Shown one piece after another: positions 18,605 to 26,726 of a stretch of DNA of 52,542 nt. The position numbers and the translations under genes were made by a program. Source of the DNA: Candidatus Saccharibacteria bacterium UBA4727 (GTDB taxonomy: Bacteria > Patescibacteriota > Saccharimonadia > Saccharimonadales > Saccharimonadaceae). Location: positions 1-52,542 of the forward strand of contig DHJF01000001.1 of the NCBI GenBank assembly GCA_002404195.1, given 5' to 3'. Each line of letters begins with the position of its first letter. Position 1 is the stretch's first letter. The notes beneath the pieces were generated by a model. That model had not been told where the DNA came from and made no database searches. It saw only the letters and a list, made by a program, of their open reading frames with translations.

Positions 18605-20073
18605 TAGGCTACGTCCTTGGTGTGGTAATCGTCGGGAGCGTCTTGTAGGTAGCCTTCGATAGCGTCACGTTGCAATAAACCAGCTTGCGCACCAAGTTGT
18701 TGTACGACGCTCATGCTGTTGATTGGCGCCCATGACAGTGCCGTTTCAAGTGACTCGCCAAGTGCCAAGGCGGCGACGATTGTTGAGGCAAAGGCATCAC
18801 CTGCGCCAGTGCGGTCGTATGGTGGCGCAGGGTCTGGGTAGTTTGGCATCATCAAGGTTCGCTGCCCATCGGACGCGTAGGCGCCATTAGGACCATCGGT
18901 AATAATCACAATTTGCGGGCCAAGCTCGTGCATCGCGCGCATGAGATCAGGCACTGATTCAGTTGATTTACCTGTTACGAGCGCGGCTTCTTCGCGGTTC
19001 ATCACCACGAGATACGTGCGGCGATAGACGCCGGCAAGCTTCTCAATACCCCACTTAAAATGGAAGGTTCCTGGCTGGAAAACTAATTTTGTATCCGGGT
19101 GCTCACATAGATACGCCAGCATGTCTTCGTGCAACTGCCACGACGCTGCACTGATCATCGAGAGATAGATCCAATCCGGCGTGCGCTCGGGCGTTTTCCA
19201 GCTGTAATCATAGTCTTCGTATTTGATCAAAATCGTGCGATCTGCACCGTAGCGCAGCGCGTAGTGGTAGTTTGATTTCATACCTTCCCCAACCGATAAT
19301 GCCGTCGTGTCGACACGCTCGCTGGCGAGATAGTTTAATGAATCTTTACCCGCTTGGTCATCACCCAGCCATGCCATCAGTCCAGCTTCAAGGCCGAGAC
19401 GTGAAAATGCCACGGCAGCATTGGCGGAGTTACCAACAGCTTGCACAATATCAACGTGGTCATATGGCGGCTTAGAACCAAATTCCATACTGAGACGCAT
19501 ACTGCCATCCGGATCAGTATCAATTCGCGCTTGGTCATCGAGTAATTTAATAAACGCATCGGTCACAATATCACCAATGCTCAGAATATAAGGTCGCGCC
19601 ACCGTGTCAGTCTCCTCTGTTTGTTCTTGCTTATGATTATCTGCAGTATACCATAGACCAGCATCGCGGGCGAACTGCTCAACCACCGCATCATCCGTTC
19701 GTGGGTGCGACACGTAACGACCCGTTAATTCACGCTGCAACGACTCATGTAAATGATCGAGAGTGTGACCACCTAGGATATCTTGGTGATTAAATGAGAT
19801 GACACCTTCGGGAAATACCAACCCCACGTAGGCCGTATTAGTAAAAAGTAGTTCGTCGTCACGATGAACAGCCAATGTGCGGCGTAGCTCTAGATAGGTT
19901 GTATCGTTTGGATCAAGCCCAATTGAACGCATCACGGTATGAGCACTGGCCATAATATCAGCGATAAGCCGCACATCAATGCCGTTTTTACCAGCCGCTT
20001 GCTCAAGTTTCTTCATTGCAAAACTAAATTGCGGCTCTTTGGCGTCTAATAAATTTCGTAAAAAAATGCTCAC
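18604..20073 (-). CDS. PfkB-family carbohydrate kinase with a ~165-aa N-terminal domain of unknown function
   Basis: C-terminal DRTGAGDAFASTIVAALALG is the PfkB signature 2. I recognise nothing in the N-terminal third. Confidence 0.75.
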   Translation of the reverse strand: MSIFLRNLLDAKEPQFSFAMKKLEQAAGKNGIDVRLIADIMASAHTVMRSIGLDPNDTTYLELRRTLAVHRDDELLFTNTAYVGLVFPEGVISFNHQDILGGHTLDHLHESLQRELTGRYVSHPRTDDAVVEQFARDAGLWYTADNHKQEQTEETDTVARPYILSIGDIVTDAFIKLLDDQARIDTDPDGSMRLSMEFGSKPPYDHVDIVQAVGNSANAAVAFSRLGLEAGLMAWLGDDQAGKDSLNYLASERVDTTALSVGEGMKSNYHYALRYGADRTILIKYEDYDYSWKTPERTPDWIYLSMISAASWQLHEDMLAYLCEHPDTKLVFQPGTFHFKWGIEKLAGVYRRTYLVVMNREEAALVTGKSTESVPDLMRAMHELGPQIVIITDGPNGAYASDGQRTLMMPNYPDPAPPYDRTGAGDAFASTIVAALALGESLETALSWAPINSMSVVQQLGAQAGLLQRDAIEGYLQDAPDDYHTKDVA

Positions 20074-20166
20074 CCTTTTCCCCTTTTTGTTGTTTGTATT
20101 GTACCACTGAATACCGCTTTTTGCTACAAAACGACAGAGGTCGAGAAAGATTATTTATAAAATAAG

Positions 20167-20195
20167 TTGACAATACGTAATAGACCTTATATAAT
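20167..20195 (+). promoter_or_regulatory. Consensus sigma70 promoter (TTGACA-17-TATAAT)
   Basis: TTGACA at 20167-20172, a 17-nt spacer, and TATAAT at 20190-20195. It lies in a 482-bp gap between two minus-strand genes. Confidence 0.75.
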
Positions 20196-20201
20196 GCGTC
20201 T

Positions 20202-20540
20202 ATCGTCACGATTACTGAGCGTATCGAGGCGACATAATGTAAGTGAGTGTTACCCCATTGGCAGAATTTTTTGTCGATGGAATATACGGGAGCCTCCTCG
20301 GAGATTCCCGCACGTGGATAGTCGCACGCTATGCATTTCATAGTGCTGCGACAGCAAGGAGTGAGTTATTTTTTCGAGCTCTTCGAGTTCACTCTCTCCT
20401 TCCAGGAAAAAGTCCGAGGTCGGTAACCTGGCGACAGCTACTCGGCACGAGTAACAAAATGTAGTCGATTGATTGCAGTCCCCGGTGGTCTTAGTGAGTA
20501 TGGAGTAATCCATGCAGATCCTAAGACCACCGGGTTTTTC
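20202..20540 (+). ncRNA. Unclassified structured RNA (~335 nt) bounded by a promoter and an intrinsic terminator
   Basis: Predicted start is ~7 nt after the -10. Hairpins at 20287-20310, 20321-20352 (13 bp), 20356-20401 and 20402-20431. Terminator at 20481-20539. No Shine-Dalgarno-led ORF. I could not assign a family. Confidence 0.55.
20481..20539 (+). terminator. Intrinsic terminator of the candidate ncRNA
   Basis: 14-bp stem cccggtggtcttag/ctaagaccaccggg enclosing an inner AUGGA-GUAA-UCCAU helix, followed by TTTTT. No U-tract in the minus orientation. Confidence 0.75.
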
Positions 20541-20555
20541 ATTTCCAGATATTTT

Positions 20556-21527
20556 TTATACCGGCTGCTCATGAATTGGCATGGCGTGTAGCTTGGTGCC
20601 TGCCTGTAAAATACCGCCCTTGGCACCAAGTTTCGTAACGACAGAGGTAGAGTTAGCACTCGCGAAGATAATCGAATCTTTCAGCGACTTGTCTTGTGCC
20701 CATTGGCTCAAGAAGCCGCTTGCGAATGCATCACCTGCACCTGTGCGGTCGATAACCTTCACGTCTTCATACATACCAGCACGCACGATTGTCTTACCGT
20801 CACTCGCCACGACGCCATTCGGACCATCGCTGACAATAGCGACAGGTACGTAGTGGAGTGCATGGCGCACTAATTCCTCGAGTGTTTCACCCTCAACGAT
20901 TTGCTGCATTTCTTCTTTATTCATACAGAGCACTTCGACACTCTCGAGCAGTGCTTTTAGCTTTGCCGGGTCAGCTAGCTCTGGACCGGCTGGGTTGAGC
21001 ATAACTTTCGTATTAGCTTTTTCGGCTGCGTCGACAATCAAACGAAGCAATTCTATGCCACCATTTGCCAGCGACGTTGGATAGACCCAATCAGCCTCAG
21101 CAATTGCATTGAAATCAAGATCGGTACCTTTGGTGTCAGTTGAAACACCACGATGATTCAAAATTGTGCGCTCACCGTTGGTTGCAATCAGGATTGTTGA
21201 GTAGCCCGCTTGATAATGTGACTTACGCGTGACACGTGCCGTAGCAACACCCTCATCGTCAAGGTCGCGTAGGACCGTTTCTGAAGCCGGGTCGTGCCCT
21301 AGCGTCCACATATATTCAGAGTGCAGGCCTTGGCGGGCAAATGTCACCGCCACATTACTGGCGTTACCGCCTGTCGCAAACGTCACGTCGCTGACTTCCA
21401 TTTTGACGCCAAGTGGCAAATGAGTGTAGAGAATTTTGCCTTCGGTATGGGGGTCGAACTCGTCACTGCGCAAAAAGACATCCTGCGTGGCTTTGCCGAT
21501 AGCTAGGATTTTCGGAACAGCGGCCAT
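20556..21527 (-). CDS. PfkB-family carbohydrate kinase (ribokinase / phosphofructokinase-2-like)
   Basis: DRTGAGDAFASGFLSQW signature. Start set at the ATG at 21527 (MAAVPKILAIGKATQD), 1 nt after the fba stop. The track start at 21578 would overlap fba by 50 nt. Confidence 0.8.
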   Translation of the reverse strand: MAAVPKILAIGKATQDVFLRSDEFDPHTEGKILYTHLPLGVKMEVSDVTFATGGNASNVAVTFARQGLHSEYMWTLGHDPASETVLRDLDDEGVATARVTRKSHYQAGYSTILIATNGERTILNHRGVSTDTKGTDLDFNAIAEADWVYPTSLANGGIELLRLIVDAAEKANTKVMLNPAGPELADPAKLKALLESVEVLCMNKEEMQQIVEGETLEELVRHALHYVPVAIVSDGPNGVVASDGKTIVRAGMYEDVKVIDRTGAGDAFASGFLSQWAQDKSLKDSIIFASANSTSVVTKLGAKGGILQAGTKLHAMPIHEQPV

Positions 21528-21528
21528 A

Positions 21529-22440
21529 TTATGCAATAGCCTTGCCTGCGCTACCGAAAGCGTTGATTTTCTCCTCAATAACCGCCTGAACCGCTTGGTA
21601 AACCGTTGGCATAAGTTTTACGACGGCATACTCTGTAGGGTTATCAGCGAGCACCTTTTCAAGTGTGTCACGAAATGCCACGCGCATGTCACTGTTGATA
21701 TTGATTTTACTGACACCGATTCTAGCCGCATCTTCAAAGTAATGCAGTGGCGTGCCACTCCCGCCGTGAAGACTAATTTGGCACGGTATCGCATCGCGTA
21801 CGCGCTGCAACAACTCAAGATCAAGTTCTTTCGGTACTGGGTATTTGCCATGCAAGTTACCGATTGCCGCGGCATACGTATCAATCCCCGTTGCTTCAAC
21901 AAACGCGAGTGCACCTTCGGGTGTACTAAAGGTCTTTTTGATTTCTTCATAGTCAATGTTCTCAGTATGGACGTTTGATGAACCACCAAAATAGTGCGGT
22001 TCGCTTTCGACGAGCGCGCCTGTAAACTTGGCGTATTCCACCACTTCTCGAGTTTTTTCGATAATCTCTTCAGTTGTCGCATCGTGATTCGCCTGCGAAA
22101 TATCGATGTGAATAAATTCGTAGCCGGCGTCAATCGCACGCTTGCAGGCCTCGACCGTCGGGCTATGGTCGAGATTGATATACATTTCAATACCGTACTC
22201 TGCCTTATAGTTATCGACAAGATCACGCACGTTATCGATACCGAGCGCTTCAACCTCACCCTGGCTCAGTTCAACCAAGACTGGCGCTTGTAGCTTTTGG
22301 GCGGCGCGACAAATTGCAATCAGCGTCTCTTGGTTATCAATGTTAAAAGCACCGACAGCGAAACCCTGGCTGCGGCTTCGTTGCATCAAGTGGCGGGCAC
22401 GCACGGTATTATCTCGGATTTGTTTGATTGATAAGCTCAT
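21529..22440 (-). CDS. fba: Class II fructose-bisphosphate aldolase
   Basis: 303 aa. FAVGAFNIDNQE, ...HLDHS-type region (NLDHSPT), and LHGGSGTP. Confidence 0.9.
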   Translation of the reverse strand: MSLSIKQIRDNTVRARHLMQRSRSQGFAVGAFNIDNQETLIAICRAAQKLQAPVLVELSQGEVEALGIDNVRDLVDNYKAEYGIEMYINLDHSPTVEACKRAIDAGYEFIHIDISQANHDATTEEIIEKTREVVEYAKFTGALVESEPHYFGGSSNVHTENIDYEEIKKTFSTPEGALAFVEATGIDTYAAAIGNLHGKYPVPKELDLELLQRVRDAIPCQISLHGGSGTPLHYFEDAARIGVSKININSDMRVAFRDTLEKVLADNPTEYAVVKLMPTVYQAVQAVIEEKINAFGSAGKAIA

Positions 22441-22455
22441 ATTTTCTCCTTAGAC

Positions 22456-23445
22456 TTACTGATGATAACGAGGCATACGCTCGATGAATTCTTTAGTTGT
22501 AGCGGCAATCGCAGCCCCGTCGAGACCGAAATGATGCAGCAATTCGTTTGGCGCACCACTCTCGCCGAAGCGATCGCGCATACCAACGCGGTAAACCGGC
22601 ATTGGTAGCTTCTCACTCAGCAGTTCGGTAATCGCCGCACCAAACCCGCCGGTGATTTGAGCTTCTTCGGCAGTAACCGCGCGACCAGTTTTACGGACAC
22701 TCGCAAGAATCGTTTCTTCGTCAAGCGGCTTGATAGTCGGAACGTGCACCACTTGCGCACTAATACCTTTGGCCTCAAGTAGCTCTGCGGCAACGAGCAT
22801 CTGGTAGGTCATCGTACCTGTCCCCAGCAAGCTGACATCGTGACCCTCGCGCAGCACGTAGGCCTTGCCGATTTCAAACGGTGACTCAGTCGTGCTAAAA
22901 ATTGGCGTTTTTTCACGAGCCAAACGCATATAGCTCGGCTTACCATTTTCGGCAATAGCCCGAGTCGCTTTTTCAGCCTCGATACTGTCGCCTGGCGCCA
23001 ACACGATCATATTCGGCAGTGCACGCATCAGGGCGATATCTTCAAGCATTTGGTGGGTTGCGCCGTCAGGCCCCACGCTGACACCTGCGTGCGAACCGAT
23101 CACTTTGACCGGCATATCATTCAGCGCAATCGTCGTCCGAATTTGCTCCCAGTTTCGCCCTGGGCTAAACGCGGCATAGCTACTGGTGAATGGTACCTTG
23201 CCAGCACGGGCCAGGCCGCTCGCGACGGTGACTAAGTTTTGCTCGGCCACGCCCATTTCAATAAAACGCTCAGGAAATGCCGCTTTGAATAAGTGCATCT
23301 GGGTACTGTCAGTCAGGTCGGCACAAAGTGCGACAACGTTCGTATCCGCTTCGCCAGCCGCCTTGAGGCCACGGCCAAAGCCAGCTCGAATCGGTTCTTG
23401 CTGCACGTCGTCATTATGTATGTCGGGGTTTAGTGGGTAGTGCAT
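22456..23445 (-). CDS. Transketolase, C-terminal (pyrimidine-binding) subunit
   Basis: 329 aa. RFIEMGVAEQNLV, GSHAGVSVGPDGATHQ. This is a split transketolase. Confidence 0.9.
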   Translation of the reverse strand: MHYPLNPDIHNDDVQQEPIRAGFGRGLKAAGEADTNVVALCADLTDSTQMHLFKAAFPERFIEMGVAEQNLVTVASGLARAGKVPFTSSYAAFSPGRNWEQIRTTIALNDMPVKVIGSHAGVSVGPDGATHQMLEDIALMRALPNMIVLAPGDSIEAEKATRAIAENGKPSYMRLAREKTPIFSTTESPFEIGKAYVLREGHDVSLLGTGTMTYQMLVAAELLEAKGISAQVVHVPTIKPLDEETILASVRKTGRAVTAEEAQITGGFGAAITELLSEKLPMPVYRVGMRDRFGESGAPNELLHHFGLDGAAIAATTKEFIERMPRYHQ

Positions 23446-24308
23446 TACGCTAAGTCTCCTGAGGTGATTTTGCCGTCAAGCGTACGTAGCTTTTTCAGGG
23501 CGACCTTGGCTTGCTCGGTATTTGGTGGCATACCATGCCATTTGTAGTCGTATTCCATAAAATCAACACCTTTGCCAGGAATAGTGTGTGTAATCACAAC
23601 GCTTGGTTTGTTGCTGATAGCTCGGGCCATACTCGCAGCGTCAATCACACTCTCGATATTATGTCCGTCAATTTCTTGAACGTGCCAGCCAAAGCTTTCC
23701 CACTTGCCACGAAGATCTTCAAGCGGCATGACATCATCGGTCGAACCGTCGATTTGAATATTATTGCGATCGACGAAAACAATCAATTGACTCAACTTGT
23801 ATTTACCAGCGAACATGGCGGCTTCCCAGATGTTACCCTCGTCAAGTTCACCATCGCCAGTAATCGCGTAGACAAAACGATGCTTGGCGTTGTCGAGATA
23901 TTGCAGACTATAAGCGTAACCGGCTGCTTGTGATAAACCACTGCCAAGTGGGCCGCTGGTATTTTCAAGACCTGGTAACTTGGTACGTTCTGGGTGACCT
24001 TGCAAACGGCTGCCAAGTTTACGGAGGGTCTGCAGTTCGCTTACTGGGAAATAACCGCGCTCAGCCATAGCGGCATATTGCACCGGCACACAGTGGCCGT
24101 TACTCAGGAAGAAGACATCACGCTCCGGCCACTCCGGCTTACTCGGGTCGATATTCATAATATTGAAGTACAACGCCGTCAGCACGTCAGCCAAGCCAAG
24201 CGGACCAGCGCTGTGGCCACTGCCAGCCTCTACGAGCATACGAATGATATCCTGACGAATATCATTCGCCTTCTTTTCCAATTGCGTGATTGTTAATTGC
24301 CCACCCAT
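23445..24308 (-). CDS. Transketolase, N-terminal (TPP-binding) subunit
   Basis: 287 aa. GSGHSAGPLG and ITGDGELDEGNIWEA (TPP motif). 1-nt overlap with the C-terminal subunit gene. Confidence 0.9.
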   Translation of the reverse strand: MGGQLTITQLEKKANDIRQDIIRMLVEAGSGHSAGPLGLADVLTALYFNIMNIDPSKPEWPERDVFFLSNGHCVPVQYAAMAERGYFPVSELQTLRKLGSRLQGHPERTKLPGLENTSGPLGSGLSQAAGYAYSLQYLDNAKHRFVYAITGDGELDEGNIWEAAMFAGKYKLSQLIVFVDRNNIQIDGSTDDVMPLEDLRGKWESFGWHVQEIDGHNIESVIDAASMARAISNKPSVVITHTIPGKGVDFMEYDYKWHGMPPNTEQAKVALKKLRTLDGKITSGDLA

Positions 24309-24312
24309 TGTT

Positions 24313-24957
24313 CTAAATTATCCCGTGTTTATTAATTTCACTTACCAGTGTATCATAAGCGACTTTCGGGTCGGGCGCCTTTTGAATAGCCCCGCCAGCG
24401 TTCAACACGTCGACGCCACCTTGCGTTAGGTTGTAAGCATTATCAACCGCGATACCACCATCCCAGCCAATTTCAACATTCGGATTAATCGCTTTAATCA
24501 GACGGATTTTTTCAAGCTGCATGAGATTCGCCGTGCCGCCGAAACGCCCCAGCGTTCCGCTAAAAATCATGACGTGATCGGCCGCTTGGATCATCGGCGC
24601 AACATCGCCCGGTACCGTTGAACGCTGCAGCGCGACGCCCGCTTTAATACCGACACTTTTGATCTTCTGAAGCATCTGGACAATATCACCCTCAGCCTCG
24701 GCGTGCAAAATAATAAGACTTGGCTTGACACTAATGAGCGCCGGTAGCTGTTCAGCTGGGCGCTGTACCATCGCATGAATGTCCACTTGCCAGTTTTCTG
24801 GCCACCACACCTGGTTGGCATCGACTAAAAACGTTGGTGTAAATTCCCCATCAGAAATATCGATATGAACTCGCTCGGCGAACGTATGAATCCGACCGAC
24901 CTGAATTTTATAGTCGTCGGTACTTTCGGCCGTCACGCAGGGAGCAATCACACTCAT
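24313..24957 (-). CDS. rpe: Ribulose-phosphate 3-epimerase
   Basis: 214 aa. HIDISDGEFTP, ILHAEA, and the overall Rpe barrel pattern. Confidence 0.8.
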   Translation of the reverse strand: MSVIAPCVTAESTDDYKIQVGRIHTFAERVHIDISDGEFTPTFLVDANQVWWPENWQVDIHAMVQRPAEQLPALISVKPSLIILHAEAEGDIVQMLQKIKSVGIKAGVALQRSTVPGDVAPMIQAADHVMIFSGTLGRFGGTANLMQLEKIRLIKAINPNVEIGWDGGIAVDNAYNLTQGGVDVLNAGGAIQKAPDPKVAYDTLVSEINKHGII

Positions 24958-25407
24958 TTACAGCTCGTCGATCTGCGCGTTACGGCGCTTGTAGCGAATT
25001 GCACTTGCAAATGGCGTCTTGAGCCAGGTATCGAGAATATCCTGCCACTCGGTTGCATCATTTTCAAGAATACGCGCTGGCAAACATAAGATATTGCTAT
25101 CGTTGTCATTGCGGGTCATCTTTGCCTCGTAGGCATCCCAGATCACACTGGCGCGGATACCGCGAAAACGATTCGCCGCCATTGCCATACCCTGGCCGCC
25201 ACCACAAATAAGAATCGCACGTGGATCTTTGCCGTCATCACCAATCACCTTTAATGCTGCCATCTGGGCAAACTCGGGGAAATCATCGACTGGGTCGAGT
25301 TCTTTACTACTCACATCTTCGACTTCATAGCCGTGTTTCGCCAAATACGCAAACACATCTGTTTTCATAGCATACCCTTGATGGTCTGCACCTAAGTAGA
25401 TCTTCAT
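24958..25407 (-). CDS. rpiB: Ribose-5-phosphate isomerase B
   Basis: MKIYLGADHQGY...ILICGGGQGMAMAANRFRGIRA. Start at 25407; the longer track ORF runs through the gap terminator and promoter. Confidence 0.85.
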   Translation of the reverse strand: MKIYLGADHQGYAMKTDVFAYLAKHGYEVEDVSSKELDPVDDFPEFAQMAALKVIGDDGKDPRAILICGGGQGMAMAANRFRGIRASVIWDAYEAKMTRNDNDSNILCLPARILENDATEWQDILDTWLKTPFASAIRYKRRNAQIDEL

Positions 25408-25413
25408 AGTGTA

Positions 25414-25442
25414 AGTATAAGCAGGATAGGTGATGATGTAAA
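25414..25442 (-). promoter_or_regulatory. Promoter of rpiB (TTTACA-17-TATACT) placed 6 nt from the ATG
   Basis: The minus strand reads TTTACAtcatcacctatcctgctTATACTtacactATG, which predicts a leaderless mRNA. Confidence 0.5.
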
Positions 25443-25464
25443 GAGATGCACCTATTACCTGAGT

Positions 25465-25494
25465 AAAAAATCGCCGAGCTGGCTCGGCGATTTT
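25465..25494 (-). terminator. Intrinsic terminator after gap (A/T tracts on both sides)
   Basis: aaaaaa-tcgccgagc-tg-gctcggcga-tttt, immediately downstream of the gap stop at 25499. Confidence 0.7.
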
Positions 25495-25498
25495 CGTA

Positions 25499-26521
25499 TT
25501 AGTTATTGTGGAGAGCGCGACCAGTGTCGGCGACGAGCTCAACGAGACGGTTACTGTAACCCCACTCGTTGTCATACCAAGCGACAACTTTCACAAGGTT
25601 ACCACTAACAACTTGCGTCAGCGGAAGGTCAACAATCGCACTGTGACTATTGCCCTTAAAGTCGCTTGAAACGAGTTCTTCTTCAGTGACATCAACGATG
25701 CCTTGGTAGAATGGCTGCTTGGCAGCTTCTCGAAAGGCATTGTTAAGTTCTTCAACTGTCGTGTCGCGCTTCAGGAGTACCGAAAAGTCGCTCATGCTAA
25801 CGACAGGAGTTGGCACGCGGACGCTGAGGCCGCCAAACCTACCCTCGAGGGCTGGTAGAGCTTTGGCTGCGGCAATGCTCGCACCCGTCGTCGTTGGGAC
25901 GATGTTTTCAGCTGCCGCACGGGCTTCGCGTAGGTCTTTGGCGGGAGCGTCTTGTAACTTTTGGCTGGCAGTATAACTGTGAACGGTAGTCATAAGGGCT
26001 TTTTCGATGCCAAAGTGACTTTCCAAAATTGCCATGACTGGTGTAATACAGTTGGTCGTACAACTAGCGTTACTCACAACGTCAGTCGAAGTTTCGATTT
26101 TATCTTCGTTGACACCAAGTACAATCGTGTCAGCGCCGTCACCCTTCGCAGGTGCAGAAAGAATAACCTTCTTTGCGCCGCCGCCGTCGATATGCGCGCG
26201 AGCTTTAGCTGGGTCAACAAAAAAGCCAGTGCTTTCAATGACAACATCAACGTTATAGTCGCGCCATGGTAACAGTGCAGGATCTTTTTCAGCCAAAACA
26301 GCAATATGCTGGCCGTCGACGATAATACCTGTTTCGTCGTGTCCGACTTCATGTTCGTACATGCCGTACGATGAATCGTGCTTAAGCAGGTGTGCTAATG
26401 TCTTTGTGTCTGTCAGGTCGTTAATAGCGACGATTTTCAAATCGCTACGGTCAAAAGCAATCTTAAAGGCATTGCGACCAATACGGCCAAATCCGTTAAT
26501 TGCTACATTCACTTGGCTCAT
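25499..26521 (-). CDS. gap: Glyceraldehyde-3-phosphate dehydrogenase
   Basis: 340 aa. VAINGFGRIGR, SNASCTTNC active site, WYDNEWGYS. AGGAG Shine-Dalgarno upstream. Confidence 0.95.
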   Translation of the reverse strand: MSQVNVAINGFGRIGRNAFKIAFDRSDLKIVAINDLTDTKTLAHLLKHDSSYGMYEHEVGHDETGIIVDGQHIAVLAEKDPALLPWRDYNVDVVIESTGFFVDPAKARAHIDGGGAKKVILSAPAKGDGADTIVLGVNEDKIETSTDVVSNASCTTNCITPVMAILESHFGIEKALMTTVHSYTASQKLQDAPAKDLREARAAAENIVPTTTGASIAAAKALPALEGRFGGLSVRVPTPVVSMSDFSVLLKRDTTVEELNNAFREAAKQPFYQGIVDVTEEELVSSDFKGNSHSAIVDLPLTQVVSGNLVKVVAWYDNEWGYSNRLVELVADTGRALHNN

Positions 26522-26713
26522 AAATTTTTGCTCCTTTTAGGGTAAGCGTTAGCATTTCTGACATCAGTATATACCTATTGCCGCATCTCTGTAAAATAAA
26601 ACAGCCGGGCGACCAACTGAGTAAAATACAGTCGGGCAATGTCTTCCTCTTCCAGGAATCCGCCACCTCTTTGCGTTCGTCGAAACACTGTATCATATAC
26701 CACTGTTTTCATC

Positions 26714-26719
26714 TATAAT
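26714..26719 (+). promoter_or_regulatory. -10 hexamer TATAAT, 7 nt upstream of the rel ATG
   Basis: tcTATAATaaccactATG with no Shine-Dalgarno, which predicts a leaderless start. No good -35 seen. Confidence 0.4.
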
Positions 26720-26726
26720 AACCACT

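Noticed and set aside
20243-20464. 73-codon GTG-started ORF inside the candidate ncRNA, plus minus-strand ORFs at 20024-20341, 20250-20513 and 20438-20659
   Set aside because: No Shine-Dalgarno or leaderless promoter geometry. Composition is R/S/L-rich and low-complexity. The ORFs overlap one another and the strong RNA hairpins, so they are more likely by-products of a structured non-coding region.
20202-20540. Identification of the candidate RNA as RNase P RNA, tmRNA, SRP RNA or 6S RNA
   Set aside because: The P4-like strands (GGAAAAAGUCCGAGG / ACAGCUACUCGGC) are adjacent instead of ~250 nt apart. There is no GGGG 5' end or T-arm-ACCA 3' end, no GGAA-capped SRP domain IV, and no long terminal closing stem. 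None of the family layouts fits by eye. A covariance-model search is still needed.
26601-26641. Direct repeats ACAGCCGGGCGAC / ACAGTCGGGCAAT in the gap-rel intergenic region as a possible regulator binding site
   Set aside because: There are only two short imperfect copies, no known motif was recognised, and the region is equally well explained as part of the gap 5' UTR.
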